64,000 nt of DNA from an uncultured delta proteobacterium (GTDB taxonomy: Bacteria; Desulfobacterota; Binatia; UBA9968). The translations under genes and the position numbers were made by a program. The stretch spans positions 96,001 through 160,000 of the forward strand of contig CAVTUQ010000009.1 in NCBI GenBank assembly GCA_963737905.1, in the 5' to 3' direction. This document shows, one piece after another, positions 18,410 through 28,909 of the stretch (position 1 is the stretch's first letter; the number at the start of each line of letters is the position of its first letter). The notes beneath the pieces are model-generated. The model worked only from the letters and a program-made list of their open reading frames with translations. It had not been told where the DNA came from and made no database searches.

Positions 18410-20992
18410 TGCTGCGTCTGCTCCGAACCCTCTCCTGGCGTCACGTGCAGCGCCACCGTCTAAGGACCTTCCTTACTTTCTTGGGCATAACACTCGGGGT
18501 TGGAGTGATCGTCGCCATCGCCGTCGTCAACCGATCGCTGACGAGTTCTTTTCAATCGACCATCGACCAGATCGCAGGCAAAGCCGTCTTGCAGGTGTCC
18601 AACGGCGAGAGCGGTATCATCGAATCGGCGTTCCCGATTATTCGTGATACTCCCGGAGTCCAAGATGCCGCCGCGGCGGTGGAGGGCTTTTTACCCGTCA
18701 GAGGAGCCGAGAAAGAGCGCTTGTATGTATACGGCGTGGATCTACTCACCGATACCGCGATTCGTAATCATCAATTTGTCGGCGCCAAATCGGATTTTGA
18801 TCAAGCGCTCGATTTTATCGCCCAGCCTGACTCCATCGCGCTCACCGAATCTTTTTCTCGCAGGCTCAATCTGCCATTGGGAACGAGCATTACTTTGACC
18901 ACGAGTCGCGGCAAGCAAGATTACACCGTCCGGGCGCTGCTCCGAGAAGAGGGAATGGCAAAGGTCTTCGGCGGAAACCTTGCATTAATGGACCTGGCGG
19001 TGGCGCAGCAGGCCTTGGGCAAGGAAGGCAAGCTCGATATCGTCGATCTCACGGTGGAGGAAGGGGAAAAGATCGAGGCGGTCAGAGAACGACTGGTGCA
19101 ACGGCTTCAGGGATCGGCGGACGTAGAAAGGCCAAGAAAAAGGGGAGAGCAGATTGAACTTCTGGTGACGTCATTTCGTATCGGTCTATTCTTCGTCAGT
19201 CTCATCGCCCTTTTTGTCGGGTTTTTTCTAATCTACAACACGGTGTCCGTCTCCGTGATCCAGAGAAAGCGCGAGATCGGAACGCTCCGATGCTTGGGAA
19301 TGAAACGCGGCGAACTCTTGCGTTTGCTTATCATGGAGGCCTTGATCCTGGCGTTGATCGGCTCTCTCGTTGGCTGTGCGTTTGGATGGCTCCTGGCGCA
19401 GGTTGCGCTGCTGGCGGTTGGAGAGACGGTGGGGAATCTTTTCTCGCTGGTCGACTTGGGACCGGGGATTTTCACTCTGCGAGAGCTTGGCCTGTCTCTC
19501 GCCAGCGGCCTTACGGTGGCGGTTTTTGCCGCGCTGCATCCTGCGTTGGAAGCGATCCGGTTGAGTCCCCTGGAAAATGCCAGGCAAACCGCCTGGAATC
19601 CGTCATTTCGGGGAAAAAAGTCCTGGGCGACCCGGCTCGGTCTCCTCTGCTTGGGCGCTTCTCCGCTGATCATTTTTCTGCCGCCGTCCTCTGCCCGGGC
19701 CCGTCCAGCAGTTCAGTGTGGGTGTTATTGGAATGCTGGTCTTTTTGCTTGGCCTTGCGTTTCTTTGCCCCCTGATCATCGCCTATGGCGTTAGATGGTT
19801 TTGGCAATGGGCGTTGCGACTTCCCGGCTCATCCTGGGTTGAAGCCCGGCTGGCCTCTGACAGCTTGCGGCGCAATCCGGTGCGCTCCGGCATTACGGTG
19901 GCTACCCTGGTGATCAGCTTGGCAGCCATCTTCACCATAGCGGCCTTCGTCAATAGCGTGCGCGGATCGTTGCTGGCATGGGTGGATCAGATGGTAACCG
20001 CGGATTTGATCGTCAGCTCCGGAGCGAGAACAGCCGGGCCGAGGAACGTGCCGCTCAAAGAAGATCTTTTTTCCGGACTCAAGGCTATCCCGGGGGTGAA
20101 GATCGTCGACCTTTATCGCCTGATCCGTTCGAACTATCAGGGTAAGCCGATTGTGATCGAGTCATTTTCCGCGCGTGAGTCTGCAAAGGTTCGCACTTTG
20201 CCCATGGCTAGCGGAGATGGAGCCCAGGCACTGCACGATATGGGCGAAGGTAAAGGAGTCATCATCAGCGAAAGCTTCCAGAGCAAATTTGGCAAACGTA
20301 CTAACGATACGATCGAGCTCGCGACCCCGTCTGGCCGGATGGCATTCCGAATCCTGGGCGTTTACGTGGATTATTCGTCTGACATTGGCAGCGTGCTGAT
20401 CGATCGCTCTTTGTACAAGCACTATTGGCGCGAAGAATTGGTTGATGCTTTCGATTTGTGGCTGGAAACCGGCGCGGATCAGCGGGCCGTCATTGCCAAC
20501 ATCAAAGAGCAGTACGGAGAGCCGTACCAGCTTTTCATCAGCACCCATAGCGAGCTGAGAAAAGCGGTGGTTCGTATCATGGAGCAGTCCTTCGTGGTGA
20601 ACTATGCCGTTGAGATCGTTGCCGTAGTGGTCGCGATCTTTAGCGTGATCAACACGCTTTTGGCTTCAATTCTAGATCGCACGCGAGAGATCGGCGTGCT
20701 GCGCGCCATCGGCGCAACTCAAGCGCAGGTACGAAGGATTATCGTTTTGGAAGCCGGTTGGATGGGCGTTCTGGGAGGTGTTCTGGGTCTATTTGCAGGG
20801 ACGATCATGGCTTACCACCATGTGGTCTACAACACCAAAGTGCTGACCGGCTGGACGTTTCAATTTTACTATCCGTATGACGTGGCGGTGTTATCGGTTC
20901 TCGCCTCTGTGATTCTTTGCGTGATCGCCGGCTACGGACCGGCCAGGCGAGCCGGAGCCACCCCCATCGTCGCCGCGATCGGGTACGAGTGA
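18409..20992 (+). CDS. FtsX/MacB-like ABC permease (two-domain), split by +1 frameshift near 19690
   Basis: Two repeats of TM + periplasmic domain + R.REIG.LR..G motif; ORFs 18409-19794 and 19718-20992 overlap in adjacent frames. Confidence 0.85.
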
Positions 20993-21005
20993 GGCAAGGG
21001 ATAAG

Positions 21006-21088
21006 AGTTCAAGGTTCAAAGTTCAATGTTCAAAGTTCCGAAATGCGTTATAACGTTGAACCTGGAACATTGAACCTTGAACACCCTT
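21006..21088. repeat. GTTCAAR heptamer-repeat hairpin element, copy 2
   Basis: Same arms as 15861-15943 with a different loop; lies between convergent genes. Confidence 0.85.
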
Positions 21089-21091
21089 GTG

Positions 21092-21679
21092 CTAGCGGAC
21101 GCTGGTATAAGAAGTCGATAGCTCTGTAAAAACGACAAATCGGGCGCGGCGATTTTTAACGCGGCATTCCTCGGTGGGCTCAAAGCAGGCCGGAGCTTCC
21201 TTGCCGTAGCTGATCGTGACCAAGCGGTCCGCGGACACTCCCTGGCTCACAAGAAAGTTTTTTGCGATTTCAGCACGCATCGCCCCCAGAGCCAAATTGT
21301 ACTCATCGGATCCGATATCGTCGCAATGGCCTTCGATTTCAACCCTGGCGTTAGGGTTTGCTTTTATCCACTCGGCATTCTGTTTTAGGGTCTCTTCGGC
21401 GTCACTCCGGAGATTGGTACTGTCGAATTCATAATAGACGTCCTGCAAAGCGGCTCCCGGAGGCGTGACGGCGGCGATGCCGCGGCTTAGTGCTTCTCCG
21501 GCCGAGAGAGCGCGTACAGAATTATCGCGCCCGATATTTTGCATGTCGGCTGGCATAAACGGCATAGGCCTGCTGTCTTTGACTTCATTTGAGCAAGCGG
21601 CAAGCAGGAAGCAGAAAAACAGACCGTTGATCAAAACCGCTTTCCACGAGGCTCGCGAGAGATGCTTTATTTTCTCCAT
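21092..21679 (-). CDS. Peptidoglycan-associated lipoprotein (Pal/OmpA-like)
   Basis: Lipobox LAAC, VYYEFDS, IEGHCDDIGSDEYNLALG..RA, SYGKE, NRRA. Confidence 0.85.
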   Translation of the reverse strand: MEKIKHLSRASWKAVLINGLFFCFLLAACSNEVKDSRPMPFMPADMQNIGRDNSVRALSAGEALSRGIAAVTPPGAALQDVYYEFDSTNLRSDAEETLKQNAEWIKANPNARVEIEGHCDDIGSDEYNLALGAMRAEIAKNFLVSQGVSADRLVTISYGKEAPACFEPTEECRVKNRRARFVVFTELSTSYTSVR

Positions 21680-21774
21680 GGCGTGAATTGTTGCTGAGGA
21701 AATTCTTCTTATGGTGGCGGGTCATGCTGATCTTGTCAAGTTTGATTGGGGATCTTGCGGACCTGACTCGGTCT

Positions 21775-22281
21775 CTAATTTTCGCTTATGCGGGAAGCCA
21801 GCGGGGCGAGCAGTCCTCTACGATACCAAACAATCCAAAGAATTCCACAAATTCCGCCAAGCACGTCGATCATCACGTCGCCGAAGCTCGCGGTTCGACT
21901 CGGGACGAAAGTCTGGTGCAATTCGTCGCTAAGGGCATACAGGAGAATGAAGACCAGGGTATAAACGGCGTGGCGCAACTCCCACGTTTTACCGGTTTCA
22001 TTGCGTAGCGCCCGCAGCATCAAAACTGCCAGGACGAAATATTCGGTCCAATGCCCAAGTTTGCGCATAATCCCATGAACCGGCGCGATATCTTCGGCTG
22101 GAATCTCAGGAAACAGCCAGGACGAAAAAAATCCAAAGAGCTGCGCCGTATGGGCAGAGGAAAAATGGTCCGTGGAAAAGAGAAATATCAGGCTTGCCCA
22201 CGCGCAGACCGGCAGCCAATTTTTGATCCGCGTTTTCCAGTGATGCCGCTCCGCGATTCGCATTGTTCGTGGTGGCTTCAA
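21775..22281 (-). CDS. VanZ-like membrane protein
   Basis: RKLGHWTEYFVL, YALSDELHQTFVPSRTASFGDVMID. Confidence 0.85.
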   Translation of the reverse strand: MKPPRTMRIAERHHWKTRIKNWLPVCAWASLIFLFSTDHFSSAHTAQLFGFFSSWLFPEIPAEDIAPVHGIMRKLGHWTEYFVLAVLMLRALRNETGKTWELRHAVYTLVFILLYALSDELHQTFVPSRTASFGDVMIDVLGGICGILWIVWYRRGLLAPLASRISEN

Positions 22282-22564
22282 CGCGCTGGATTAAACACAA
22301 GGGCATGAGCTGGGGAGAAGATTCATGAGCGGCTAGGGTAGCAGAATTTCCCGCCCGAACAAATCGCATCGCGACGACCTAGCCTGGACTATCGACCGCT
22401 GCCGATGGCGTCGGCGCGGCTTCAAACACGCCCGCGCTGATCCGATAAATTTGCGAGGAAACACGAGATATGTCAAAGTCGTAAATAGCCGCGCTGTATG
22501 ATCTGGTCTCGGCTGCTTATTGTCAGAGCGGCGAGTTAAGCTACGGACAAAGGGGTTCGTTTCG

Positions 22565-22885
22565 ATGAAACAAACGTGTTTCGTATGCCAGAACGTCGAC
22601 TGCAAGCTTCGAGGGTCCGAAAAAATCATGAACGAGCTGACTGAAAAAGTAGCGGCCCGAACGCTGGACGTCGAGGTGAAGTCTTACCTGTGCTTCGGGG
22701 GCTGCGAAGAAGGGCCCAATGTCGTGATCCACCCCCAAAAGATTTGGTATGCCGGTGTCAAAATGGAGGATCTGCCGGAGATATTGGACTCTCTAGCGGG
22801 GGGGCCTACCGTCACCCGACTCGATACTATCGACCCCGCTTTGAAAGAGATAACATTCGCATTGCTCGACACGGGTGTATTCTAG
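22565..22885 (+). CDS. Thioredoxin-like [2Fe-2S] ferredoxin
   Basis: VCQNVDC..RGS...CFGGCEEGPNVV..P..WY. Confidence 0.85.
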   Translation: MKQTCFVCQNVDCKLRGSEKIMNELTEKVAARTLDVEVKSYLCFGGCEEGPNVVIHPQKIWYAGVKMEDLPEILDSLAGGPTVTRLDTIDPALKEITFALLDTGVF

Positions 22886-23041
22886 AGCAGGCTGCTGAAA
22901 AAAACTCACCTGCTTCGTTGCGCTCAATCGCCTCTCTCCGACGTACAGAACAAGTACGCCTCCGTTCGTCGATTTATCGCGCGCCTCGCATCTGAGTCTT
23001 TTTGAGCAGCCTGCAGACAGAATTTGTCAGCACACTGCTAG
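22882..23041. mobile_element. MITE-like element with GCAGGCTGCTGAAAAA terminal inverted repeats
   Basis: GCAGGCTGCTGAAAAAAACTCA (22887) ... TGAGTCTTTTTGAGCAGCCTGC (23014); CTAG at 22882 and again at 23038 after a second degenerate right end. Confidence 0.7.
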
Positions 23042-23128
23042 AAATAATCGCGGCCCCCGGTCCAGCTGTGGCCCATGCGCGTTCGCGAACCGGCTCGCCG
23101 GTAAGCCATAGAAAATTACCTGCGGCTA

Positions 23129-24266
23129 TCAATCCAGGTCAAAGCGGTATAGTCCGGCGACGTTCTCACACAAGATTTTCCGCTTGTCGTCGTCAGTGAC
23201 GCCCTGGAAGTCCTGCGCGATTTTTTCGCGAGAGTGGGGCCAGAAGGTTGCGCTGTGGGGAAAGTCCGACGACCAGAGCAGATTGTCCACGCCGATCTCA
23301 CTCCTGTGGGCCACTCCGAAGGGATCGTCGATAAACGTGGCGTATAACTGGCGGTGGAAGTATTCGCTAGGCTTCATGGTCAGCTGGGTGGGAAATGGGC
23401 TGCCGTGCAGTCGCGTCCCGCGAGACTCGAAGCGTTCATCCATACGACGGAGGAAGTATGGAAGCCAGCCACAGTTTAATTCCGCCGAAACAACCTTGAG
23501 GCGCGGAAACTTTTCCAGGATGCCGGACAGGATGAAGGTGGCGAAGGTTTTTTCCACCTCATGCGAGTTGATGGCGCCGGCTACCGTTCGTTTTTTGTCG
23601 TTGGAATCCCAGTCAACCCATTGAAGCCCGGCGAATTCGTGGAGACTCAAGGGCATTGAAAGCTCCTGAGCCGCTGCCCAGAAGGGATCATAGACTTCCG
23701 AGTAGAAGGGCAGTTCATCGGGTGGCGAGGCCCAAATAAGTCCCCCCGCCAGGCCTTTCTTGGCACACTCCTCCAAGTCCTCCACGCCTTGCTGTCGGGT
23801 CATATAACGAAATGAGTCCCAACCCTTTCAAACGTTTGGGGTCATACCTGCAGAAGTCGGCGAGCCAATCGTTGTAGACTCGGAAACAGGCTCTTTGAAA
23901 CCCGGCGTCCCGAATCCAGAACATGCGGAAACCCAGCGTGGTGTAAAGCACGTCTCCCGCCACGCCATCCTGATCCATGTCCTTTACCCGCTGGGCCGGA
24001 TCCCATCCTCCGCGATGCGCTCCGGCGTAAGAGAAGCCTTTGAGCAACTGCTGCAATTCCTCCAACGTCTTGTTCCCGCCGAACCCCAAGATCACATTAT
24101 GAGGATGGCGTTCCTCTTCGATCAGCCACCAGGCGCCCGGGCGCCCTTCATATTCCGTTAGCATCCGGGGAGCTTTGTCTCGATACTTGGCGGGCAAACG
24201 CTCCTGCCACAGGTTCAAAGGCTCGCTCACGTGTGAATCGGCGTCGAGTAACGTATGTTCGGCCAT
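23129..24266 (-). CDS. Amidohydrolase_2 family protein, split by +1 frameshift near 23797
   Basis: LDADSHVSEP, RVKDMDQDGV, YNDWLAD / LSLHE, EKFPRLK, WSSDFPH. Confidence 0.85.
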
Positions 24267-24479
24267 GGCTATCCCTTTCCAGATACCAGATTTTTCAACT
24301 GCACCGGTTCTTCCGGTGTATCGCAATCCACCGATTCGGTGATATATCCCGTCCTTACCTTTTGTCAACATGGATGGTTGATAGATGCTTAAAACAGAGC
24401 CATGGCGTGGTCTCAGAAAGATTCCTCCTGTCGTCGCATGGATTTTTGTCCCTGACGGCGGTAGAGAGTTTGTAGACCC

Positions 24480-25682
24480 ATGTTTGGCGGCCTTATTTTT
24501 ATCGCTTTGATCATTTCCGCCGGTTCGGCTGCAGAGGTCAAAGCCCCATTTCCAAAAACCTTTCACTACGGAAAATATTCGGAGCCGGCATTCGAAAACG
24601 TCCACAATGCCTCCGCGTCCGTCGACGCGTCCCAACGAGACGTGCCAAAGAGCTTGCAAGACGATCCGCCGGCCGTCGATCTATCGACTTTGAATACACT
24701 GTCTGGCGTGGTGGAGAAGCTGGCACGGAAAAAGATTGTCTATGTAGGAGAAGAGCACGACAAATTCGCACACCATCAGGTCCAACTCGAGGTTCTCCGG
24801 GGTCTCTATCGGCAGGGCCCAAAGATCGCCGTGGGTATGGAGATGTTTCAAAGGCCATTCCAAAAAGCGCTTGACGACTACATCGCCGGGGTCATCGACG
24901 AGCGCACTTTTTTGAAACGGTCCGAATATTTCAAACGGTGGGGCATGGACTATAATCTTTACAAGCCGATTCTCGACTTTGCCAAGGCACAACGCCTGCC
25001 GGTCATCGCGCTCAACCTGGAGCGCGAGATCATAGACAAAGTGGCCAAAGGCGGCCTCGATTCTCTTTCAAAGGAAGAAAAGCAGAAAATTCCTCAGGAT
25101 CTGGATTTCTCGGATCAAGAGTACCGCGCCCGGCTCAAGGAAGTGTTTGCGGAGCACGGAGACTTTCAAGAAAAGAATTTTGAATTCTTCTACCAGGCGC
25201 AAATTCTTTGGGACGAGACGATGGCCGAGTCCATCGATGCTTTCTTGAAGCAACATCCCGATTTTCATGTGGTGGTTTTGGCCGGAGCGGGTCATCTTCA
25301 CTATGGGTCGGGCATCCCCAAACGATCGCTCCGGCGAAACGGTTTCGATTACGCGGTCGTCTTGAGCGACGCAGAAGCCAAAAGAGATATCGCGAACTTC
25401 ATCGTGTTTCCCCAAGCGTCGAAGGGTCCCACGGCTCCGAAGCTCATGGCTGTCCTCGACGACCAAAATCAAAGAATGCGCATCACAGGATTTGCGAAGG
25501 ACAGCGTTGCCGAGAAGGCAGGTCTAAAAGTCGACGACACTCTGATAGCTCTGGACGACGACCCGGTATCCAGTATCGACGACGTACGAATCGCTCTCTT
25601 CTATAAACACCCCGGAGACACGATCAAAGTCAAAGCCGAACGCGGCGACGAGGAAATCGAGTTCAACGTGAAATTGCAATGA
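24480..25682 (+). CDS. ChaN-like (heme/iron-uptake) domain protein with C-terminal PDZ domain
   Basis: Signal peptide; VYVGEEHD..HHQVQ, GMEMFQRPFQ..LD, AQILWDETMAE, GAGH..YG.GIP; AEKAGLKVDD PDZ. Confidence 0.8.
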   Translation: MFGGLIFIALIISAGSAAEVKAPFPKTFHYGKYSEPAFENVHNASASVDASQRDVPKSLQDDPPAVDLSTLNTLSGVVEKLARKKIVYVGEEHDKFAHHQVQLEVLRGLYRQGPKIAVGMEMFQRPFQKALDDYIAGVIDERTFLKRSEYFKRWGMDYNLYKPILDFAKAQRLPVIALNLEREIIDKVAKGGLDSLSKEEKQKIPQDLDFSDQEYRARLKEVFAEHGDFQEKNFEFFYQAQILWDETMAESIDAFLKQHPDFHVVVLAGAGHLHYGSGIPKRSLRRNGFDYAVVLSDAEAKRDIANFIVFPQASKGPTAPKLMAVLDDQNQRMRITGFAKDSVAEKAGLKVDDTLIALDDDPVSSIDDVRIALFYKHPGDTIKVKAERGDEEIEFNVKLQ

Positions 25683-25754
25683 TGAGATGGCGAAACCGGG
25701 CGGCGTGAGTGTCAAAAGATCCGACCCTAGTATTGCAACTTTGTTCACGATCAG

Positions 25755-26750
25755 TTACGCGGATTTTGGGGCTTCCGCGCGCAGGGCCGGCATGACTTCT
25801 CGCGTGAATAGGTCGAGTGAAGTCGCGCAAGCGTCACGTGGAATACCCGGGACCGAAAAACGACAGACGAGATGCGTGAGGTCCAACTCTTTCCGAAAGC
25901 GGGTGATTTCCTCAACGCACGTTTTCGGATCGCCTAAAATGATCCGGTCTTCAGCGAGTCGCTCAATAGTAAGTTTCCCCGCCGGCCGCTTCACTACCGG
26001 ATGGGGCCAGCGGAAGTACATGCTTTCGAAGGCCTGGATAAAAGGGCTGCCCGCCGCGCTGATTGCCTGCTCAGTGCTGCTTGCTACGAACACGTAGCGG
26101 AACAAGGCGATCTCGCCTTCGCCTCGTCCCGTCTCGCTACACGATTTTCGATACAGGCGGGCGCAGGGAGTGAGTTCGCCGAGATTGGCAGACGGCCCCA
26201 CGAACCAGGCGTCGCCGAGGCGCGCCGCTCGGCGTATCGCCGGCTCGGCCCAGGCACCGAACCAGATAGGGGGTCTTGGCCGTTGGACTGGCCGCGGGGC
26301 GATCGTGGCGTTATCTATCCGGTAATGCCTGCCATGATGAGTGATGTTCTCTTCCGTCCAGAGCCGATGGAGTAGGGACGCGCCTTCCTCCAATCTGCTC
26401 CCGCGCTCCTGCAGCGAATAGCCAAAGGCGGCGAACTCCTCCGGAGCGTACCCGGCGCCTATCCCCAAAATCAAACGACCGCCGGAAATCATATCCAGCA
26501 TCGCGCCTTCCTCGGCGACCATCACAGGATGGTACAGCGGGAGTAAAAGAACCCCCGTGCCTAACCGAATGGAGCGGGTCCGGCTCGCAACGGCCGTAAG
26601 CCCGATGAGGGGCGCCGGATACAAAATGGGATTGTTGTGGTGCTCGCCTAGCCAGATCGAGTCGAATCCCGCTGCTTCGGCATGCTCGCATTCCCGCAGG
26701 GTCTCCTCAAAGCTCGCCTGTCCCTGGAGGGGACTTAAGCCAATTTTCAT
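25755..26750 (-). CDS. LLM-class flavin-dependent oxidoreductase
   Basis: GFDSIWLGEHH, RLGTGV.LLPLYHP..VAEE..LD..SGGR, PRPVQRPRPPIW. Confidence 0.9.
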   Translation of the reverse strand: MKIGLSPLQGQASFEETLRECEHAEAAGFDSIWLGEHHNNPILYPAPLIGLTAVASRTRSIRLGTGVLLLPLYHPVMVAEEGAMLDMISGGRLILGIGAGYAPEEFAAFGYSLQERGSRLEEGASLLHRLWTEENITHHGRHYRIDNATIAPRPVQRPRPPIWFGAWAEPAIRRAARLGDAWFVGPSANLGELTPCARLYRKSCSETGRGEGEIALFRYVFVASSTEQAISAAGSPFIQAFESMYFRWPHPVVKRPAGKLTIERLAEDRIILGDPKTCVEEITRFRKELDLTHLVCRFSVPGIPRDACATSLDLFTREVMPALRAEAPKSA

Positions 26751-26765
26751 AGGACGCCACCCGAC

Positions 26766-27764
26766 CTATTGAAAGCGTCCTTCCTTCTCGAGTTTTCTCA
26801 CGAATCGATCATCGACGAGATCCTCCGCTTTCAGGCGGCGGATTTTTTCGTTGGTGGTTCCAAGGAGCCGGATGACGTTGCGCACGCCATCGACCCGCGG
26901 GTAAATGCGCCGGTCGTAGAGCATGGGAAGGCTCTCGTAACCCTCCACGGCTTGCTCGACGTTAGGCAGACGAAGTCCTTTGGCCAAACTCTTGAGCACT
27001 GCCGGTTTGTTTTCCGGTTGGGCAATGAAGGCCATGGAGTCGACTATGCCGCGCAAAACGCTTTCGACAATTTCCGGAGATGATTTGGTGAAACTGCGTT
27101 TCGTCAGAACTCCCGTGCTTTGGAAGGGGATGGGTAGTTGGGCGAGGTCCGCAAGATTAGTGAAGCCCCGGCTTTTGAGCGGTGCCGCAAAGGTATACCC
27201 GAGATGGGTTGCTGCGACGGTGTCGTTGAGCAGTGCTTGACTCCGCACCGATTCATCGCCCAGGATGCGAAAGGTGATTCCGTCCCGTTTCGCGTCTAAG
27301 CCCCAGTACTCGAGGGCCAAGGTCGTGAACATCCAGCTGCCACCGCTCGGGCTGGTGACGGCTATAACCTTGCCCTTCAAGTCCGATGGACTTTTGATTT
27401 TCGGCGACGCCATGATGTTGCCGATGAGTTTATTAATCATGCCGGCGACAAACACCAGATCGGTCCCTTCCGCGGCGGAGCCGAGCACAGCGCCGGTGAC
27501 CGAGCCCTCGTGAAACTGAGATTCGCCCGCTGCAAGGGCGGCCATACCGATGGGTCCGTTGCGGACCTGAACAAACGTCAACTCCAGACCATACCGTCGG
27601 AAGAAGCCCTGGTCCTGCGCTACATACATGGCGGCCTCCCGCTCGCTGAACGAGCCCGTGGTCATGGTGACTTTGACCGGCGCCTGCGCCGCCCGCGCAG
27701 ACTGCATTGCGCTGGCAAACAATAGTGCAAACAGAAAGGGAAAACTTAAAATTTTTGTTTTCAT
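26766..27764 (-). CDS. SsuA/NMT1-type ABC substrate-binding protein
   Basis: Signal peptide, GFFRRYGLE, DLKGK, VDDRFVRKLEKEG. Confidence 0.85.
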   Translation of the reverse strand: MKTKILSFPFLFALLFASAMQSARAAQAPVKVTMTTGSFSEREAAMYVAQDQGFFRRYGLELTFVQVRNGPIGMAALAAGESQFHEGSVTGAVLGSAAEGTDLVFVAGMINKLIGNIMASPKIKSPSDLKGKVIAVTSPSGGSWMFTTLALEYWGLDAKRDGITFRILGDESVRSQALLNDTVAATHLGYTFAAPLKSRGFTNLADLAQLPIPFQSTGVLTKRSFTKSSPEIVESVLRGIVDSMAFIAQPENKPAVLKSLAKGLRLPNVEQAVEGYESLPMLYDRRIYPRVDGVRNVIRLLGTTNEKIRRLKAEDLVDDRFVRKLEKEGRFQ

Positions 27765-27866
27765 TGCATCCTCTGGTGAATCGGCGATTGTGGAACGGTT
27801 CCGACGTTAATGAAATTGCTTAGAATCGTCAAGCCGGAGTCGCGCGATGATCATACCGCGCTTAGC

Positions 27867-28733
27867 TCATAGTTTTTCCCAGGAGATCAGAAAGACGCCA
27901 ACAATCACGAGCACTGTCGCGCCGATCTTTCGCGGCGTGAGCCTTTCGACATCTTTGAGAAGCAGCATCGAGAGCGGCAAGACAAAAAGAGAGGAGGCGT
28001 TCACTAGCGGCGAGATAATCGAAACTCGCTCCAAACTGAGGGCCATGTAGATCAAAACATATGAGAGAAAGTTCATGAATCCGGAGATTGCAAAGCAACT
28101 CAAGCCAACCTTGGCGGATGGCGGCAGCGGTTTCTTTTCGCCAAAGATCAAGTACATGGCGCCCATCGTGAAAAGTGACGTTGTTGCCGCGATGGCGGCA
28201 CCGACGACAGGCGAGGGAATCTGGACTACGGCAAAACGCACGAGGTTATCCCGGCCAGCGAAGAGCAAGGCCGCGGCAAGCGGAAAGCCGAGATCGCGTG
28301 TGCGCCAGGTCCTGGCGACTCCTTTCCATGACAGCGCGATGATTCCCCCGACGATGGAAACGGCGCCAAGAATATTGCTCGCCGTGGGTTGCTCTCCAAG
28401 AAACGCTATGGCGATGACGATCGCAAAAAACGGCCCGGCATTGGTCAGGCAGGAGGAGATCGTCGCTCCGAGGCGCTCCATGCTTTTGAAGATAAAAAAG
28501 CGCGCAACCCCGGGTACAAAAACGCCGACGGCGACGAAGATGCTGTTGACCGGCAGCCATAGCTCGATCGGGTCGATGAACAAGAGGACGTAGAGCCAAA
28601 GGAATACTGCGTTGACGCTCAGATTGGCGAGCAGGCCTCTGAAGTAGTCGATGGATAGCACCCCGCGATTGATGAAGGTCATCGCAGCCGCGAACCAGAA
28701 CGAACCGAAAAGCGCGAGGAAAATGGCGAACAT
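27867..28733 (-). CDS. EamA/DMT family transporter
   Basis: About 10 TM helices in two EamA repeats, FLGE, ALSLERVSIISPL. Confidence 0.85.
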   Translation of the reverse strand: MFAIFLALFGSFWFAAAMTFINRGVLSIDYFRGLLANLSVNAVFLWLYVLLFIDPIELWLPVNSIFVAVGVFVPGVARFFIFKSMERLGATISSCLTNAGPFFAIVIAIAFLGEQPTASNILGAVSIVGGIIALSWKGVARTWRTRDLGFPLAAALLFAGRDNLVRFAVVQIPSPVVGAAIAATTSLFTMGAMYLIFGEKKPLPPSAKVGLSCFAISGFMNFLSYVLIYMALSLERVSIISPLVNASSLFVLPLSMLLLKDVERLTPRKIGATVLVIVGVFLISWEKL

Positions 28734-28909
28734 GATGACTAAACGGAAAACTTACCTTGTGTAGGCTGCTCAATCAATTGATGCGGCGGGTAGTAAGACT
28801 ATACAAACCTTCATTCTGCCTCTGGCGCAAAAAGCCATTGACTGCGTTGCAATCCGAAGAGTAGATTATGAAAAATGCTTTACAACGAAAATTGCCACGG
28901 AGGTGAACT

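Noticed and set aside
24267-24659. N-terminal extension of ORF 23715-24659
   Set aside because: Overlaps the ChaN gene and promoter region; homology begins at MAEHTLLDADSH
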